Below, piece by piece: positions 16,758 through 27,127 of a stretch of 64,000 nt of DNA. The stretch lies in the NCBI GenBank assembly GCA_947084965.1, contig CAMTUG010000001.1, positions 409,301 through 473,300 on the forward strand. Reading direction: 5' to 3'. Both the position numbers and the translations under genes were made by a program. This stretch comes from an uncultured Parcubacteria group bacterium (GTDB lineage Bacteria; Patescibacteriota; Patescibacteriia; UBA9934; CAMTUG01). The notes below the pieces were generated by a model, which was not told where the DNA came from, made no database searches, and was given only the letters and a program-made list of their open reading frames with translations. Within the stretch, counting starts at the first letter, position 1; the number at the start of each line of letters is the position of its first letter.

Positions 16758-18127
16758 ACCTTGATAATTATATCGTCATCGAGCATTTTGAGCGAGGATT
16801 TTTGTTGTTCAAACTCTGTGCGCGATATCCGCTTCTCTTCCGAACCAACGGTCAGGAGAACACCGAACGGCGGATAATTGAGTGCTTTTCGCGCCTCAAG
16901 TTCACTCGCGAGCAACGCTCTAGGGTCTTGCATGATCCGCTGAATCAGCGCTCCATCGTATGTCTGCACAATAAACGGGGTCTGCAAGCGCGCGGCGATC
17001 CCGCGTAGTTCATACAGACGAATGATCGCTTGTTCAATCGCGTCGTATTCGCCGCCATGAAGTCCGATATCCGCCTGTAGATCGACGATCAGTCCAAGGT
17101 TTGGTGGATCAAGCGGCTGATAGATGCTTTCCGTAAAGTAGCGCGTCGTAAGGAGGATCGCAGGTTCGGTCGGTAACGTCGCCTCAAACCCTTTTTCGAT
17201 GTGCAAAATGGGATTGCCGGGAAAGTATTCACGAAGTGTCCGATCTACCTCCTGCTCTCTACGGTTATACGAAAGTAGCACAGATTTTCCGCTCTGTAAA
17301 GCCTTATTGGCCGCTTCTAACGTCTTTTCTGAAAGAAGTTTTACCATGTCCCCACGCTTGGATTCGGCTCGAAGATCAACGACGTCGACAGGAGCTCTCG
17401 GTACCGGCTCCTGAAGCCGGTACCAGAGGGGGACTTCTCGAACACGAGGCGTGACGTCAGCGTAGACAACTCTGGTGCCGTAGATCTCAGACGCTAACTC
17501 AGCAAAATCACGCACATCATAGCGTGGATTACGGTCGTACGATGCGTGTTCTGGGCAACCGGAGCGGAGGATCACGATCGTGTCCGGCTTTTCAGCGCTT
17601 GCAAGAACGTCCATGCGGGTCATCGCCTGGGGGACCGTTAACGCATCGTGATGATGAGGCACAACGACCCACGTGATCCCTTGAATTGACTTGCGGATTC
17701 CTTCAGCCAAGGCTGCCCCTTGAACCAGATCCAGGATTTCGATGAACGTCTTTGGTTGTGTTTTGATCAGTGCAATGACCGAACGCAGATACGGTACCTC
17801 GGCGTGCTTGATACGGGCAGAGCTTATGGCGGGGAGAATCACCTTGCGTTTCGGCTTTTTTTGTAACGCAATATGCAACAGGGACGCCGTCGATTGAATC
17901 AGATCACTCGCCAAGCGTTCGAAGATCGTCAAACGATCCGAGCTGATGACGTTCGACTCAAGAAGAGAGATGATCGGCTTAATTTTTTTGCTTGGTACAC
18001 TGTCACTGACCGCTAACACAACTCCGCGAAGGATAGAGGAACGAAAGGGGATCTCGACAAGGTTGCCACGCGATACGACCATATCATCAGGCACAGCGTA
18101 ATCAAAAAAATCGAAGCGTCGAGGCAT
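16748..18127 (-). CDS. Primosomal protein N' (PriA)-like, apparently lacking helicase motif I
   Basis: N-terminal 3'BD-like ...DYAVPDDMVVSRGNLVEIPFRSSILRGVVL; PriA-like ...GKSVLLSYNRREQE... and C-terminal ...ELEARKALNYPPFGVLLTV. No GxGKT Walker A or Cys-rich zinc region is seen. ATG at 18127; the track start at 18157 is a GTG. Confidence 0.5.
   Translation of the reverse strand: MPRRFDFFDYAVPDDMVVSRGNLVEIPFRSSILRGVVLAVSDSVPSKKIKPIISLLESNVISSDRLTIFERLASDLIQSTASLLHIALQKKPKRKVILPAISSARIKHAEVPYLRSVIALIKTQPKTFIEILDLVQGAALAEGIRKSIQGITWVVVPHHHDALTVPQAMTRMDVLASAEKPDTIVILRSGCPEHASYDRNPRYDVRDFAELASEIYGTRVVYADVTPRVREVPLWYRLQEPVPRAPVDVVDLRAESKRGDMVKLLSEKTLEAANKALQSGKSVLLSYNRREQEVDRTLREYFPGNPILHIEKGFEATLPTEPAILLTTRYFTESIYQPLDPPNLGLIVDLQADIGLHGGEYDAIEQAIIRLYELRGIAARLQTPFIVQTYDGALIQRIMQDPRALLASELEARKALNYPPFGVLLTVGSEEKRISRTEFEQQKSSLKMLDDDIIIKVCH
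17400..17424. repeat. In-frame palindromic insert, copy 2 (GGTACCGGCTCCTGAAGCCGGTACC)
   Basis: A 10-bp inverted-arm palindrome inside the priA-like CDS, coding (W)YRLQEPVP on the minus strand. Homologous to the copies at 14178 and 61180. Confidence 0.6.
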
Positions 18128-18170
18128 GCGGCGAAGTGGGGCAACGTGAGCGATCACAGAAGGGCACCAG

Positions 18171-19016
18171 CTAGGTCAGTTCAAAATGCACGACAAGATA
18201 TCCGACACCAAAAGGAGATTCGTAAGAATGAACGACGGGCGTGTAGTTCACCCTCTCTAGTACACCAAGAAGCATGAGCAGTGGTCGATACGAGCACTCC
18301 TTGGCCTTGGCAAGTTTCTTCGCGTCCATCTTCAGAAGCGCTGCTGTGTTCATATTGGTAATACAGCGTTGAACGACTGCATCGTATTCCACACCCTCCT
18401 TGGCGTAGCCAGCTGGGGCGTCAGATGTCAGGGTATGCGATTGATCGCCCGTTGCGATAACCGCCACGCGTTTCTGCTCATTCATGATGACATCTTTTAA
18501 CGCGTCGCCAAAAGCGAAGTGCTCTTTGGGTGAGAGGCCCGAATAGGAGATCGGAACGATCTTGATTTGCGGAAGTTTTGGTGCCAAAAGCAAAAGGGGG
18601 ACCGCCGCCCCATAATCAAGCTTGGCATCAGAGGAAAGAGTTAGCTTGATCTGCTTCTTGCGCAACGAGCGCTGAATGCGATCGATCAGCATCAGATCTG
18701 GAGCGAAGTGTTTTTGGGTAGACAGGTCACCAAACTCGTTGAGATCAACAGAAAATTCGTCATGCAGATTGATGGAAAATGCTTCATCAAACATCGTCGC
18801 GTGCGAAGAGATAATCACGATCGTGTCCGGCCGCGCGCTGTACAACTCTCCGGCCAATAGCTCCATCGCCTTGCGCGTCTCCGCGACCTTATTCAACTGC
18901 TCCTTGTTTACAGAAGGCAGCAGTAAAGGGGAGTGCGGGGTAAGAGCGGCAAATACGAGCACAGATTGGGAATGGAGTAAGCGGCAATTAGTAAGCGGAG
19001 ACACTGACAAGGTCAT
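18171..19016 (-). CDS. Extradiol ring-cleavage dioxygenase class III-like protein (LigB/DODA/YgiD family)
   Basis: ...VLVFAALTPHSPLL...TIVIISSHATMF...HDEFSVDLNEFG... parallels YgiD ALFLGHGSP/IVVVSAHW/HDFGGFP, and the His residues are retained. The start is uncertain: ATG at 19016 (its first 15 codons lie in repeat R2) or GTG at 18962. Confidence 0.4.
   Translation of the reverse strand: MTLSVSPLTNCRLLHSQSVLVFAALTPHSPLLLPSVNKEQLNKVAETRKAMELLAGELYSARPDTIVIISSHATMFDEAFSINLHDEFSVDLNEFGDLSTQKHFAPDLMLIDRIQRSLRKKQIKLTLSSDAKLDYGAAVPLLLLAPKLPQIKIVPISYSGLSPKEHFAFGDALKDVIMNEQKRVAVIATGDQSHTLTSDAPAGYAKEGVEYDAVVQRCITNMNTAALLKMDAKKLAKAKECSYRPLLMLLGVLERVNYTPVVHSYESPFGVGYLVVHFELT
18974..19004. repeat. Half-copy of the GTAAGYGG/GAGACAC repeat (R2)
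   Basis: GGAGTAAGCGGCAATTAGTAAGCGGAGACAC overlaps the stop and last codons (..VSVSAY*) of gene 18988..20391. Confidence 0.45.
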
Positions 19017-20391
19017 CCTCGACAACTTCGATTTCAATCGATTCGCCGAGTTCATGTAAATTGACCGTTTTGGCGTCAGTGACGACGATATTTTCCCACG
19101 AATATCCGAGCGTCTCAAAAACCTCGCCAGAGAGGATCGGACGGCGCTTGCTATCCGAAATCACATAAACCGCGGGGGTATCGTCCGCCTTCACCAGCGT
19201 CCCTTCGGCGAGCTTCACCGGATCACCTGTTTCGTACGTCTCAAGCAATTCCGGGGCGGTCGGGACGATCGCCCAGTCCTTAAAGTTCAGATCAAGGATG
19301 GTGCGCGAAAGAAGTGGGTGTTTAATACCATCAGCAACGAAGTACACACCACCGGTCGTTGAATTTTGGAGGAGGTGGCCTTTCGGATCTGCCGATTCTT
19401 CCGTGATTGAGGCGCCGACATCGTAGGCGTCCAGATCCTCATCCGTGACATCGATCACCTCGTCTTCGTTGAACCCAATGGCGCGGAAAGCCTCCATGGA
19501 TCGAATCCAGCGACGCTCATCGTCAACGATCAGATAAATTTTGCCCTCCTCGTTGCGCAGCAGCGAATAGTTCGGGAAGGCGATCGGATCACCGATGTCA
19601 TATTGCAGGAGGGTGGAGGCATCAACCTGGATGATATTGTCCGGATTGTAGCGTGAAACAAGAGCTGCTCGACTGGTAATCGGTCGGCGTTCGCCGTACT
19701 TGATTAACCAAACACCGTCTTCGCCTCTGGCTTGAAGAAGCGAGCCGCTCGGATAGTTCTGCGTGAAATAGTTGGTCCAAAGGGCAACAAAATTTTCATT
19801 GCCATGGAGATGCGGAGTGTAGGTATAGAGGGCAGCCGTGGCGGCATTTTGAGGGGTCACGTGTACGTCATCGATCGTTGTACGAATGCCTGGACCGTAG
19901 CCAGCTACCGTTTTTCCATACGCTTCGATGTCGGCGAGATAGCCATCACGAAACTGCATCGCTGCAGAATTCACCTGCTTCCCAAATCCTTTCCAGCGTT
20001 GTGCTGATTCTGTCGTTGTCGTGCAGACATCGCAAATGCCGTAGCCTGTCGCCCAATCAAGCTGTTTTTGCGTTGGATCATCATCTTCAATCAACGACTG
20101 CTCTTTTTGAAGCAGGACGAGCAAAAATCTCGGAGACATTTGATGAGCGATCGCCGCATCGTAAATAATCTCCGCCGCGGTCTTTTCTTCACCCTCGTGA
20201 TTTTCCGTTTCGTATTCGCCGAGGTATCCACGCCGCAAGAACGTTTCGATATCACGAAGGGACATCGCCGTTGCGTCGGTTAATTCTTCGTCCGAGATTA
20301 GATAATTCGGATTAAAAGCCAAAAGTGGAAAGATCGATGGGAAGAGGACTCCGAGAAGGGCAAGTGCGACAATCGGCTTAGAACGTTTCAT
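18988..20391 (-). CDS. Secreted hypothetical protein (467 aa)
   Basis: Signal peptide MKRSKPIVALALLGVLFPSIFPLLA. No motif is recognised by eye. The start overlaps the upstream gene stop (ATGA). Confidence 0.4.
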   Translation of the reverse strand: MKRSKPIVALALLGVLFPSIFPLLAFNPNYLISDEELTDATAMSLRDIETFLRRGYLGEYETENHEGEEKTAAEIIYDAAIAHQMSPRFLLVLLQKEQSLIEDDDPTQKQLDWATGYGICDVCTTTTESAQRWKGFGKQVNSAAMQFRDGYLADIEAYGKTVAGYGPGIRTTIDDVHVTPQNAATAALYTYTPHLHGNENFVALWTNYFTQNYPSGSLLQARGEDGVWLIKYGERRPITSRAALVSRYNPDNIIQVDASTLLQYDIGDPIAFPNYSLLRNEEGKIYLIVDDERRWIRSMEAFRAIGFNEDEVIDVTDEDLDAYDVGASITEESADPKGHLLQNSTTGGVYFVADGIKHPLLSRTILDLNFKDWAIVPTAPELLETYETGDPVKLAEGTLVKADDTPAVYVISDSKRRPILSGEVFETLGYSWENIVVTDAKTVNLHELGESIEIEVVEDDLVSVSAY

Positions 20392-20789
20392 AACTGTCGT
20401 TTGAAATAGGTAAAGGCGGCAGTAGCACCGATGAAGTCCATCACAAGGTCGAGCATCGTGTCACCCAGGGAGAGTTGTGATCGGTCCCAGTTCCACCAGA
20501 TCGCTGCCGTATTGTCGAGAACGTATTCGTGAAACTCCCAAGCGACGCCGATGAGCATCACCAATCCAACAACGAAGGTAAAATGGTACCACGCCGGAAT
20601 ACTCGGTGTGCGGTGATGTTCAACCATTTTATGATGAATAGCGATCGCTAACATGCCGATGACAAAGCCTCCGGCGAAGTGCATCAGGATGTCGATGTCA
20701 CCGATGCGGCTATAAGTCCCGAGAACCAAAAAGATGATGTGGACAACTATCACCAGAAGAATGGCCCGAAAAGCCCTTTTAAACGTCAT
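20388..20789 (-). CDS. VanZ-like family membrane protein
   Basis: 133 aa, 4 TM. ...GDIDILMHFAGGFVIGMLAIA... and ...LDLVMDFIGATAAF resemble VanZ motifs. Confidence 0.4.
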   Translation of the reverse strand: MTFKRAFRAILLVIVVHIIFLVLGTYSRIGDIDILMHFAGGFVIGMLAIAIHHKMVEHHRTPSIPAWYHFTFVVGLVMLIGVAWEFHEYVLDNTAAIWWNWDRSQLSLGDTMLDLVMDFIGATAAFTYFKRQL

Positions 20790-20820
20790 AGTAAGGGCAT
20801 TTTAGCACGTTTTGCGTGGC

Positions 20821-20860
20821 TTGACACCTCGAATTAGCAGTCGTATTATGTGAGTGCTAA
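20821..20860 (+). promoter_or_regulatory. clpB promoter (TTGACA-17-TATTAT) overlapped by a CIRCE/HrcA operator
   Basis: TTGACAcctcgaaTTAGCAGTCgTATTATgtGAGTGCTAA. The inverted repeat TTAGCAGTC-N9-GAGTGCTAA is one mismatch from the CIRCE consensus TTAGCACTC-N9-GAGTGCTAA, and the -10 lies inside it. clpB starts about 125 nt downstream. Confidence 0.6.
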
Positions 20861-20983
20861 CAGGCGACGGCGGAGGTTCGAGCTGACGAGTTCTCTTTTC
20901 GCGCGCAGCCCTTATCCTTTCTTCGGGGTCGAGCACGAAAAGAGTGTCAGCGAGACCGAGTACGGCGCCTCAGTAAAAACTTT

Positions 20984-23626
20984 ATGCTGCCAAACAACTT
21001 CACCAACAGAGCCCAAGAAGCGATTCAAGCCGCGCATGTTATCGCGGACGAAAATGGCCAGCCTGCGCTCGAACCGATCCACCTGCTCGGCGCGCTTTTG
21101 GCCCAACCGGACGGGTTGATTCCAGCCGCGCTCAACAAGATGGGGATCGATCTAAACGGCCTGATCGTCAAACTTGGGAGTATCCTCGAAACGTTGCCAA
21201 AACAGCTTGAGCGTCAGATGGCCGGAGGGGTCGGCCAGGTATTTCTTTCCCCGTCGATGGCCAAGCTTATTCAAGCCGCAAGCAAAGTGAGCAAGCAGTT
21301 CGGTGATGAGTTTATTTCCACCGAGCATCTTTTTTTGGCACTCCTTTCGGATAAAGCGGTCGGGCGACTACTGGCTCAATTTAAAATCGACGCCGATCCG
21401 TTCTTGAAAGTCCTAAAAGAGATCCGTGGCACCCAAAAGATCGACTCTCCGGAACCAGAAGGGAAGATGCAGGTTCTTGAAAAGTACGCCATGAATTTGA
21501 CGGAGCAGGCGCGCCGCGAAAAGCTCGACCCGGTCATCGGTCGCGATGCGGAAATTCGTCGGGTGATGCAAGTCTTGTCGCGACGCCGCAAAAATAATCC
21601 GGTGTTGATTGGGGAGGCGGGCGTTGGTAAAACGGCGATCATCGAAGGACTTGCTCAACGGATCGTGGCCAAGGACGTCCCTGAATTGCTTATGGATAAG
21701 GAGCTCGTCGCCCTCGACCTGGGGGCCATGGTCGCCGGGACAAAGTATCGTGGGGAATTTGAAGATCGCCTGAAAGCGGTGTTAAAGGAGATCGAAGCCT
21801 CGGCCGGCAAATACATTTTGTTCGTAGACGAACTACATACGTTGGTAGGGGCAGGCACCAGTGAAGGGAGCCCGCTCGACGCCAGCAACATGCTGAAACC
21901 GGCGCTCGCTCGCGGGGAGCTGCGTTGCATCGGCGCGACGACGCTCAAGGAATATCAGAAGCATATTGAAAAAGACGCCGCCCTTGAACGTCGGTTTCAG
22001 CCGATCGTCGTCGACGAGCCCACGGTTGAAGACACGATCGCCATTCTGCGCGGAATCAAGGAAAAATACGAACTCCATCACGGTGTGCGCATCGCCGATC
22101 ACGCCATCGTCGCGGCGACGGAACTTTCTGCCCGCTATGTGACAGATCGCCAGCTACCGGACAAGGCGATCGATCTGATCGATGAAGCGGCCTCAGCGCT
22201 ACGCATGCAGATCGATTCGATGCCAGAGGAATTGGACACCAAAAAGCGAGCTCTGATGCGCCTTGAGATTGAGCGTCAGGCCTTGCTGAAGGAAGAAGAC
22301 ACCAGTTCAAAAGAGCGGCTATCGGTGGCGGAACGACAGATCGCCGACCTCAAGGAGGCCGTTGGTGGGATTGAAACGAAGTGGATGAATGAGAAAGAAA
22401 AGATCGGGGAGATTCGAGCGATCAAGAAGACGATCGATGAGCTGCGCGCCAACTCTGAAATCGAAGAGCGCAAAGGTGACTTGCAGAAGGTTGCTGAGAT
22501 TCGCTATGGCCAGATTCCGGCCGAACAAGAAAAGTTGAAAAAGGCAGAAGAGGCGCTCACAGCGCTCCAGCGCGAGCGCGGCATTTTGAAAGAGGTCGTT
22601 TCGGAGGAAGAAATCGCCGCCATCGTTTCGCGCTGGACGGGAATTCCTGTTGCTAAAATGCTGGAGACAGAGACACAGAAGCTCGTGGTGATGGAATCCG
22701 AGCTTGGCAAGCGGGTGATCGGACAAAAAAAGGCGATCGAGGCGGTGTCTAACGCCCTTCGTCGTTCACGCGCGGGAATCGGCGAAGAGAAGCGGCCGAT
22801 CGGCTCTTTTATCTTCCTCGGTCCGACCGGGGTAGGGAAGACCGAACTCGCCCGAGCGCTCGCTGAATTCATGTTTAACGACGAACAGTCCTTGATTCGG
22901 GTGGACATGTCGGAATTCATGGAGAAACACGCCGTCTCCAAAATCATCGGCTCGCCGCCGGGGTACGTTGGATTTGATGAAGGTGGGCAGTTGACCGAAA
23001 AGGTTCGCCGCCGCCCCTATTCCGTCATTCTGTTTGATGAGATCGAAAAAGCCCACCCAGACGTCTTCAACATTCTGCTACAAGTTCTCGATGACGGACA
23101 TCTGACCGACGCCAAAGGCCGCAAAGTGAACTTCAAAAACACGATCATCGTCATGACCAGCAATATCGGTTCAGACATGATCCTCAGCATGTCGACGAGC
23201 AAGTCGATCGGGTTTGCTGACGGCAACGGAAAAGATGACAACGTGCGCGACCGCGAAGAGATGGAAACGCGGGTCACCGACATGCTCAAGGAGCAGTTCC
23301 GGCCTGAGTTTTTGAACCGCATCGACGATATCATTATCTTTGATTCGCTGGGGGAAAAAGATATGGTAGAGATCGTTGAGCTGCAGCTCGCGCTGATGGT
23401 CAAGCGCCTCAAGGACAATAAGCGCATCAGCGTCACGATTGACGCTCCAGCCAAAAAGCTTCTTGCCAAAAAGGGGTACGATCCACTCTTTGGCGCACGG
23501 CCGCTCAAGCGTGTCATTCAACGCGACATTCTCGACGCCCTGGCGCTCAAAATCATCAAGGGTGAGGTCGAGGAAGGCGGGAGTATCAAGATTACGGGAG
23601 CAAAAGATCAGATTGTGATAAAATAG
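20984..23626 (+). CDS. clpB: Chaperone ClpB (AAA+ disaggregase)
   Basis: 880 aa with an N-domain, two AAA+ modules ([21 protein letters not shown]) and a long middle coiled coil. Confidence 0.9.
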   Translation: MLPNNFTNRAQEAIQAAHVIADENGQPALEPIHLLGALLAQPDGLIPAALNKMGIDLNGLIVKLGSILETLPKQLERQMAGGVGQVFLSPSMAKLIQAASKVSKQFGDEFISTEHLFLALLSDKAVGRLLAQFKIDADPFLKVLKEIRGTQKIDSPEPEGKMQVLEKYAMNLTEQARREKLDPVIGRDAEIRRVMQVLSRRRKNNPVLIGEAGVGKTAIIEGLAQRIVAKDVPELLMDKELVALDLGAMVAGTKYRGEFEDRLKAVLKEIEASAGKYILFVDELHTLVGAGTSEGSPLDASNMLKPALARGELRCIGATTLKEYQKHIEKDAALERRFQPIVVDEPTVEDTIAILRGIKEKYELHHGVRIADHAIVAATELSARYVTDRQLPDKAIDLIDEAASALRMQIDSMPEELDTKKRALMRLEIERQALLKEEDTSSKERLSVAERQIADLKEAVGGIETKWMNEKEKIGEIRAIKKTIDELRANSEIEERKGDLQKVAEIRYGQIPAEQEKLKKAEEALTALQRERGILKEVVSEEEIAAIVSRWTGIPVAKMLETETQKLVVMESELGKRVIGQKKAIEAVSNALRRSRAGIGEEKRPIGSFIFLGPTGVGKTELARALAEFMFNDEQSLIRVDMSEFMEKHAVSKIIGSPPGYVGFDEGGQLTEKVRRRPYSVILFDEIEKAHPDVFNILLQVLDDGHLTDAKGRKVNFKNTIIVMTSNIGSDMILSMSTSKSIGFADGNGKDDNVRDREEMETRVTDMLKEQFRPEFLNRIDDIIIFDSLGEKDMVEIVELQLALMVKRLKDNKRISVTIDAPAKKLLAKKGYDPLFGARPLKRVIQRDILDALALKIIKGEVEEGGSIKITGAKDQIVIK

Positions 23627-23632
23627 CGCCGT

Positions 23633-24373
23633 ATGCTCGGCGTGCGGATTGATCCAGTTAACCCAAAGGAACTCGAGGAAAAGCTCCTCGGGTTTCTTCA
23701 GGATGGGGAACAGCACGCCATTTTCACGCCGAATCCAGAAATTTTACTCCTAGCCCACAAAGATAAGGGGTATCGACACCTTTTGAATCAAAGCGCGCTG
23801 AATATCCCGGATGGCACCGGCTTGGTCTTGGCCTCGCTCTTTCTCGGCGAGGATAACGTGCGCCATCGCATTACTGGGGTCGATACGCTTGGGCTCCTAG
23901 CAAAAATCGCTGCCCATGAACACAAAAAGTGTTACTTGTTAGGTGGCGATCCAAGGATCGCGGAACAGACAGCAGCAGTCCTCAACGTGAAGTATCCCGA
24001 GCTTGAAATCTATGCCGATGAAGGTGGGCCGATCGACTATCACGATGGCCACTGGCACATGAATCCAGCGATTATTGCATCCATTCAAGATAAAAAACCG
24101 GACATTCTTGCCGTCGCCCTTGGCCAAGGCAAACAGGAACAATGGATCCACGACCACCTCAAGCTCCTGCCCAGTGTCTCCATCGCCATCGGCGTTGGCG
24201 GCGCCTTTGACTACATTTCTGGTTCAGTCGCCCGGGCACCGGAATGGATGCGTAATCTCGGTCTCGAATGGCTCTTCCGCTTGATCCTTCAACCAGGCCG
24301 GATTCGTCGGATTTTTAAAGCCGTTGTGGTATTCCCAATCGTTGTTATTTGGGATAAGATGAAGGCCTTATGA
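23633..24373 (+). CDS. WecB/TagA/CpsF family glycosyltransferase
   Basis: ...AIFTPNPEILLLA...LNIPDGTGLVLAS...IGVGGAFDYISG... are the family motifs. Confidence 0.75.
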   Translation: MLGVRIDPVNPKELEEKLLGFLQDGEQHAIFTPNPEILLLAHKDKGYRHLLNQSALNIPDGTGLVLASLFLGEDNVRHRITGVDTLGLLAKIAAHEHKKCYLLGGDPRIAEQTAAVLNVKYPELEIYADEGGPIDYHDGHWHMNPAIIASIQDKKPDILAVALGQGKQEQWIHDHLKLLPSVSIAIGVGGAFDYISGSVARAPEWMRNLGLEWLFRLILQPGRIRRIFKAVVVFPIVVIWDKMKAL

Positions 24374-25824
24374 TTCGTGTTCGTTTCGCCCCATCTCCAA
24401 CCGGATATCTGCACATCGGCGGTCTTCGGACGGCCTTGTATAACTATCTTTTTGCCCGCAAAAACAATGGCGCTTTTTTGTTGCGCATCGAAGACACCGA
24501 CCGCGAGCGTTTTGTGGAAGGAGCGACCGAATCGCTCTTGCACATCTTTCCGCGCGTCGGTTTGAATTATGATGAAGGGCCAAAACTTATTGATGGAAAG
24601 CTCGAGCAGGCAGGGAACGTCGGTCCGTACATTCAGTCCTTGCGCTTAAATCTGTACAAAACGCATGTCATGGAGCTGATCGAGAAGGGCCATGCGTATT
24701 ACTGTTTCTGTTCAAGCGACGAGCTTGCTTCGCAGCGCAAGGAGCAAGAGATGCTCAAACTTCCGACAAAATATAATCGCCACTGCCTGAAGCTGACAAA
24801 AGAAGAGATCGCCAGAAAACTCGAGCTGAATGAGCCTCATGTCATCCGCATGCAGGTGCCAGAAGGGGAGTCATCTTTCAACGACGTCGTTCGTGGCAAA
24901 ATCACGATCAATCATGCAGAAGTGGACGACCAAATCCTTCTCAAATCAGACGGATTCCCGACCTACCATCTCGCCAATGTCGTTGATGATCATCTGATGA
25001 ACATCACACATGTCATCCGCGCCGAAGAATGGATTTCGTCTACACCAAAACACGTTTTGCTCTACCAGATGTTTGGCTGGAACGCCCCGGAATTCGCCCA
25101 CCTGCCTTTGCTTTTAAACTCCGATCGTTCAAAGCTCAGTAAGCGTCAGGGCGATGTTGCTACAGAGGATTACCTTGAAAAGGGATATCTTCCAGAAGCC
25201 CTAATCAACTTTGTCGCCTTAATGGGCCACAACCCGAAAGGGGACCAGGAACTCTATACGCTTAATGAGCTCGTTGAATTATTTGATCTGACCAAAGTAA
25301 ATCCTTCTGGTGCGGTTGTAAACTTCGAAAAGCTCGATTGGATGAACGCTCAGCACATGAAGCGCAAAACTGCGAACGAGCTTGCCGATCTCTGCCAGCC
25401 ATTTTTGGATCGGGCAGGGAAGAGCGTGGATCGTTCCGTTCTGGAGCGCGTACTGAAAGTGGAAGTCGAGCGGATGACGACCCTCGCGGATATTGTCGAC
25501 CGCGTTGAAATGTACATCGCCCAACCAGAATACGATGCCCAGCTTCTCGTTTGGAAGAAGGCAGACGAAGCCGATGCCAAAGCGCAGCTAACAGGTGTAC
25601 AATCGATCATGGAGGCGCTTCAGGACACGACAAAAGAGGGGATTGAGGCTACAATCAAGGCACATATTGAACAGAACGGCTTAAGTAATGGGAACGTTCT
25701 TTGGCCGTTACGGGTAGCGCTTTCCGGACAGAGCCAATCGCCAGGGCCGTTTGAACTTGCTGAAGCGTTAGGGAAGGAAGAAGTTTTACGACGCATTGCC
25801 GTGGCGATCGCCAAATTGTCCTAA
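24370..25824 (+). CDS. gltX: Glutamate--tRNA ligase
   Basis: MIRVRFAPSPTGYLHIGGLRTALYNY... (HIGG) and ...KLSKRQG (KMSKS). Confidence 0.9.
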   Translation: MIRVRFAPSPTGYLHIGGLRTALYNYLFARKNNGAFLLRIEDTDRERFVEGATESLLHIFPRVGLNYDEGPKLIDGKLEQAGNVGPYIQSLRLNLYKTHVMELIEKGHAYYCFCSSDELASQRKEQEMLKLPTKYNRHCLKLTKEEIARKLELNEPHVIRMQVPEGESSFNDVVRGKITINHAEVDDQILLKSDGFPTYHLANVVDDHLMNITHVIRAEEWISSTPKHVLLYQMFGWNAPEFAHLPLLLNSDRSKLSKRQGDVATEDYLEKGYLPEALINFVALMGHNPKGDQELYTLNELVELFDLTKVNPSGAVVNFEKLDWMNAQHMKRKTANELADLCQPFLDRAGKSVDRSVLERVLKVEVERMTTLADIVDRVEMYIAQPEYDAQLLVWKKADEADAKAQLTGVQSIMEALQDTTKEGIEATIKAHIEQNGLSNGNVLWPLRVALSGQSQSPGPFELAEALGKEEVLRRIAVAIAKLS

Positions 25825-25835
25825 CAACGTTCGTT

Positions 25836-27053
25836 ATGCGGAGGAATTTACAACAGATTGCAGTCATAGTGATCCTTGGAGCGCTGCTTTTTGGATTGTC
25901 TGATCGCGCCGTGGTGGCAGAGGAGGCAACAACGGAGCAGATCAATGAACTGAATGATGATATCGCCGAAAAGCGCGCGAGATTAGAACAATTGGATTCG
26001 AAACTCGAGCAATATACCAGCATCATTAGGCAGAAGGAGGCCCAGGCAGATTCGTTAACAAACGAGCTTGAAATCCTTGATAACAAGATCGCCAAACTTC
26101 AGCTCGATCTTGAATCAACGAAGCTGGAGATTGATGCTACAGACAGCGAAGTGCGGTTGCTTGATCTGGAAATTGCGGAGCAGTCCAAAAATCTTGAAAA
26201 CCAGAAGCAGATCATCGCCGGGGTGTTGCGCGAGATGCAAGTTGAAACCGACGTCTCGCTCCTCGAACTTGTCTTCGGTAATAGTAACTTTTCCGCCCTC
26301 TTTGACGAATTATCACGGCTGGAATCAATCAACAGCGACCTGCGCCAGATTCTTACTGATACCCGACAAACACGTGCAGTTCTCGAGTCAAAGCGCGGAT
26401 CAAAAGAAGAAAAGCTGGCTAATCTCGAAACACTTGAACGTGACCTAGCCAGACAAAAATCTCAAGCAGAGGACGCCCAAGGGGCTAAAACGGTTCTCGT
26501 TTCTGAAACACAACAGAGCGAGGCACAGTACCGCGCCCTTGTGTACGAATTGCGCGAAGAACAACAATATATCGACGCCCAAGTGCTGACCTTACAGCGG
26601 CAGATTGAACAACGGATCCTCGATTCTGACGAACTTGGTGATTCCTCGCTTTTGACCTGGCCGGTTACCGGATACCGCATCACCACGCTCTACCACGATC
26701 CAACGTATCCGTTCCGCTATCTCTTTGAACACTCCGGCCTTGACCTTGCTATTCCGCAGGGAAGTCCGGTTGTCGCTGCCGCTCCTGGTTACGTCGCCTT
26801 CGCCCGCACAGGCCGGATGTACGGCAACTACATTATGGTGATTCATGGCGGTGGCAAGGCGACGCTCTACGCCCACTTGTCGCAGATGCTCGTTGAGCCA
26901 GATCAGTTCGTCGCTCGAGGGGAGGTGATCGCTAAATCTGGTGGGTTGCCAGGGACAGCTGGCGCTGGATTTTCCACCGGCCCGCACTTGCACTTTGAAG
27001 TTCGTTCCGACGGGATTCCGGTTGATCCGTTCGGATACTTAGTTTCGCTATAG
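25836..27053 (+). CDS. M23 family metallopeptidase with N-terminal coiled coil (EnvC-like)
   Basis: Signal/TM, a long heptad-repeat region, then C-terminal ...HSGLDLAIPQGSPVVAAAPGYV...GGLPGTAGAGFSTGPHLHFEV (LytM/M23). Confidence 0.75.
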   Translation: MRRNLQQIAVIVILGALLFGLSDRAVVAEEATTEQINELNDDIAEKRARLEQLDSKLEQYTSIIRQKEAQADSLTNELEILDNKIAKLQLDLESTKLEIDATDSEVRLLDLEIAEQSKNLENQKQIIAGVLREMQVETDVSLLELVFGNSNFSALFDELSRLESINSDLRQILTDTRQTRAVLESKRGSKEEKLANLETLERDLARQKSQAEDAQGAKTVLVSETQQSEAQYRALVYELREEQQYIDAQVLTLQRQIEQRILDSDELGDSSLLTWPVTGYRITTLYHDPTYPFRYLFEHSGLDLAIPQGSPVVAAAPGYVAFARTGRMYGNYIMVIHGGGKATLYAHLSQMLVEPDQFVARGEVIAKSGGLPGTAGAGFSTGPHLHFEVRSDGIPVDPFGYLVSL

Positions 27054-27094
27054 GGAAGGAGCCGGAAGAGCGTTATTGAGGGTCGCACAATATA

Positions 27095-27127
27095 CCTTTC
27101 ACGACACTGGATCGGTGTCGTGAAAGG
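27095..27127 (+). terminator. Hairpin downstream of the M23 gene
   Basis: CCTTTCACGACAC-tggatcg-GTGTCGTGAAAGG is a 13-bp perfect stem. Confidence 0.45.
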
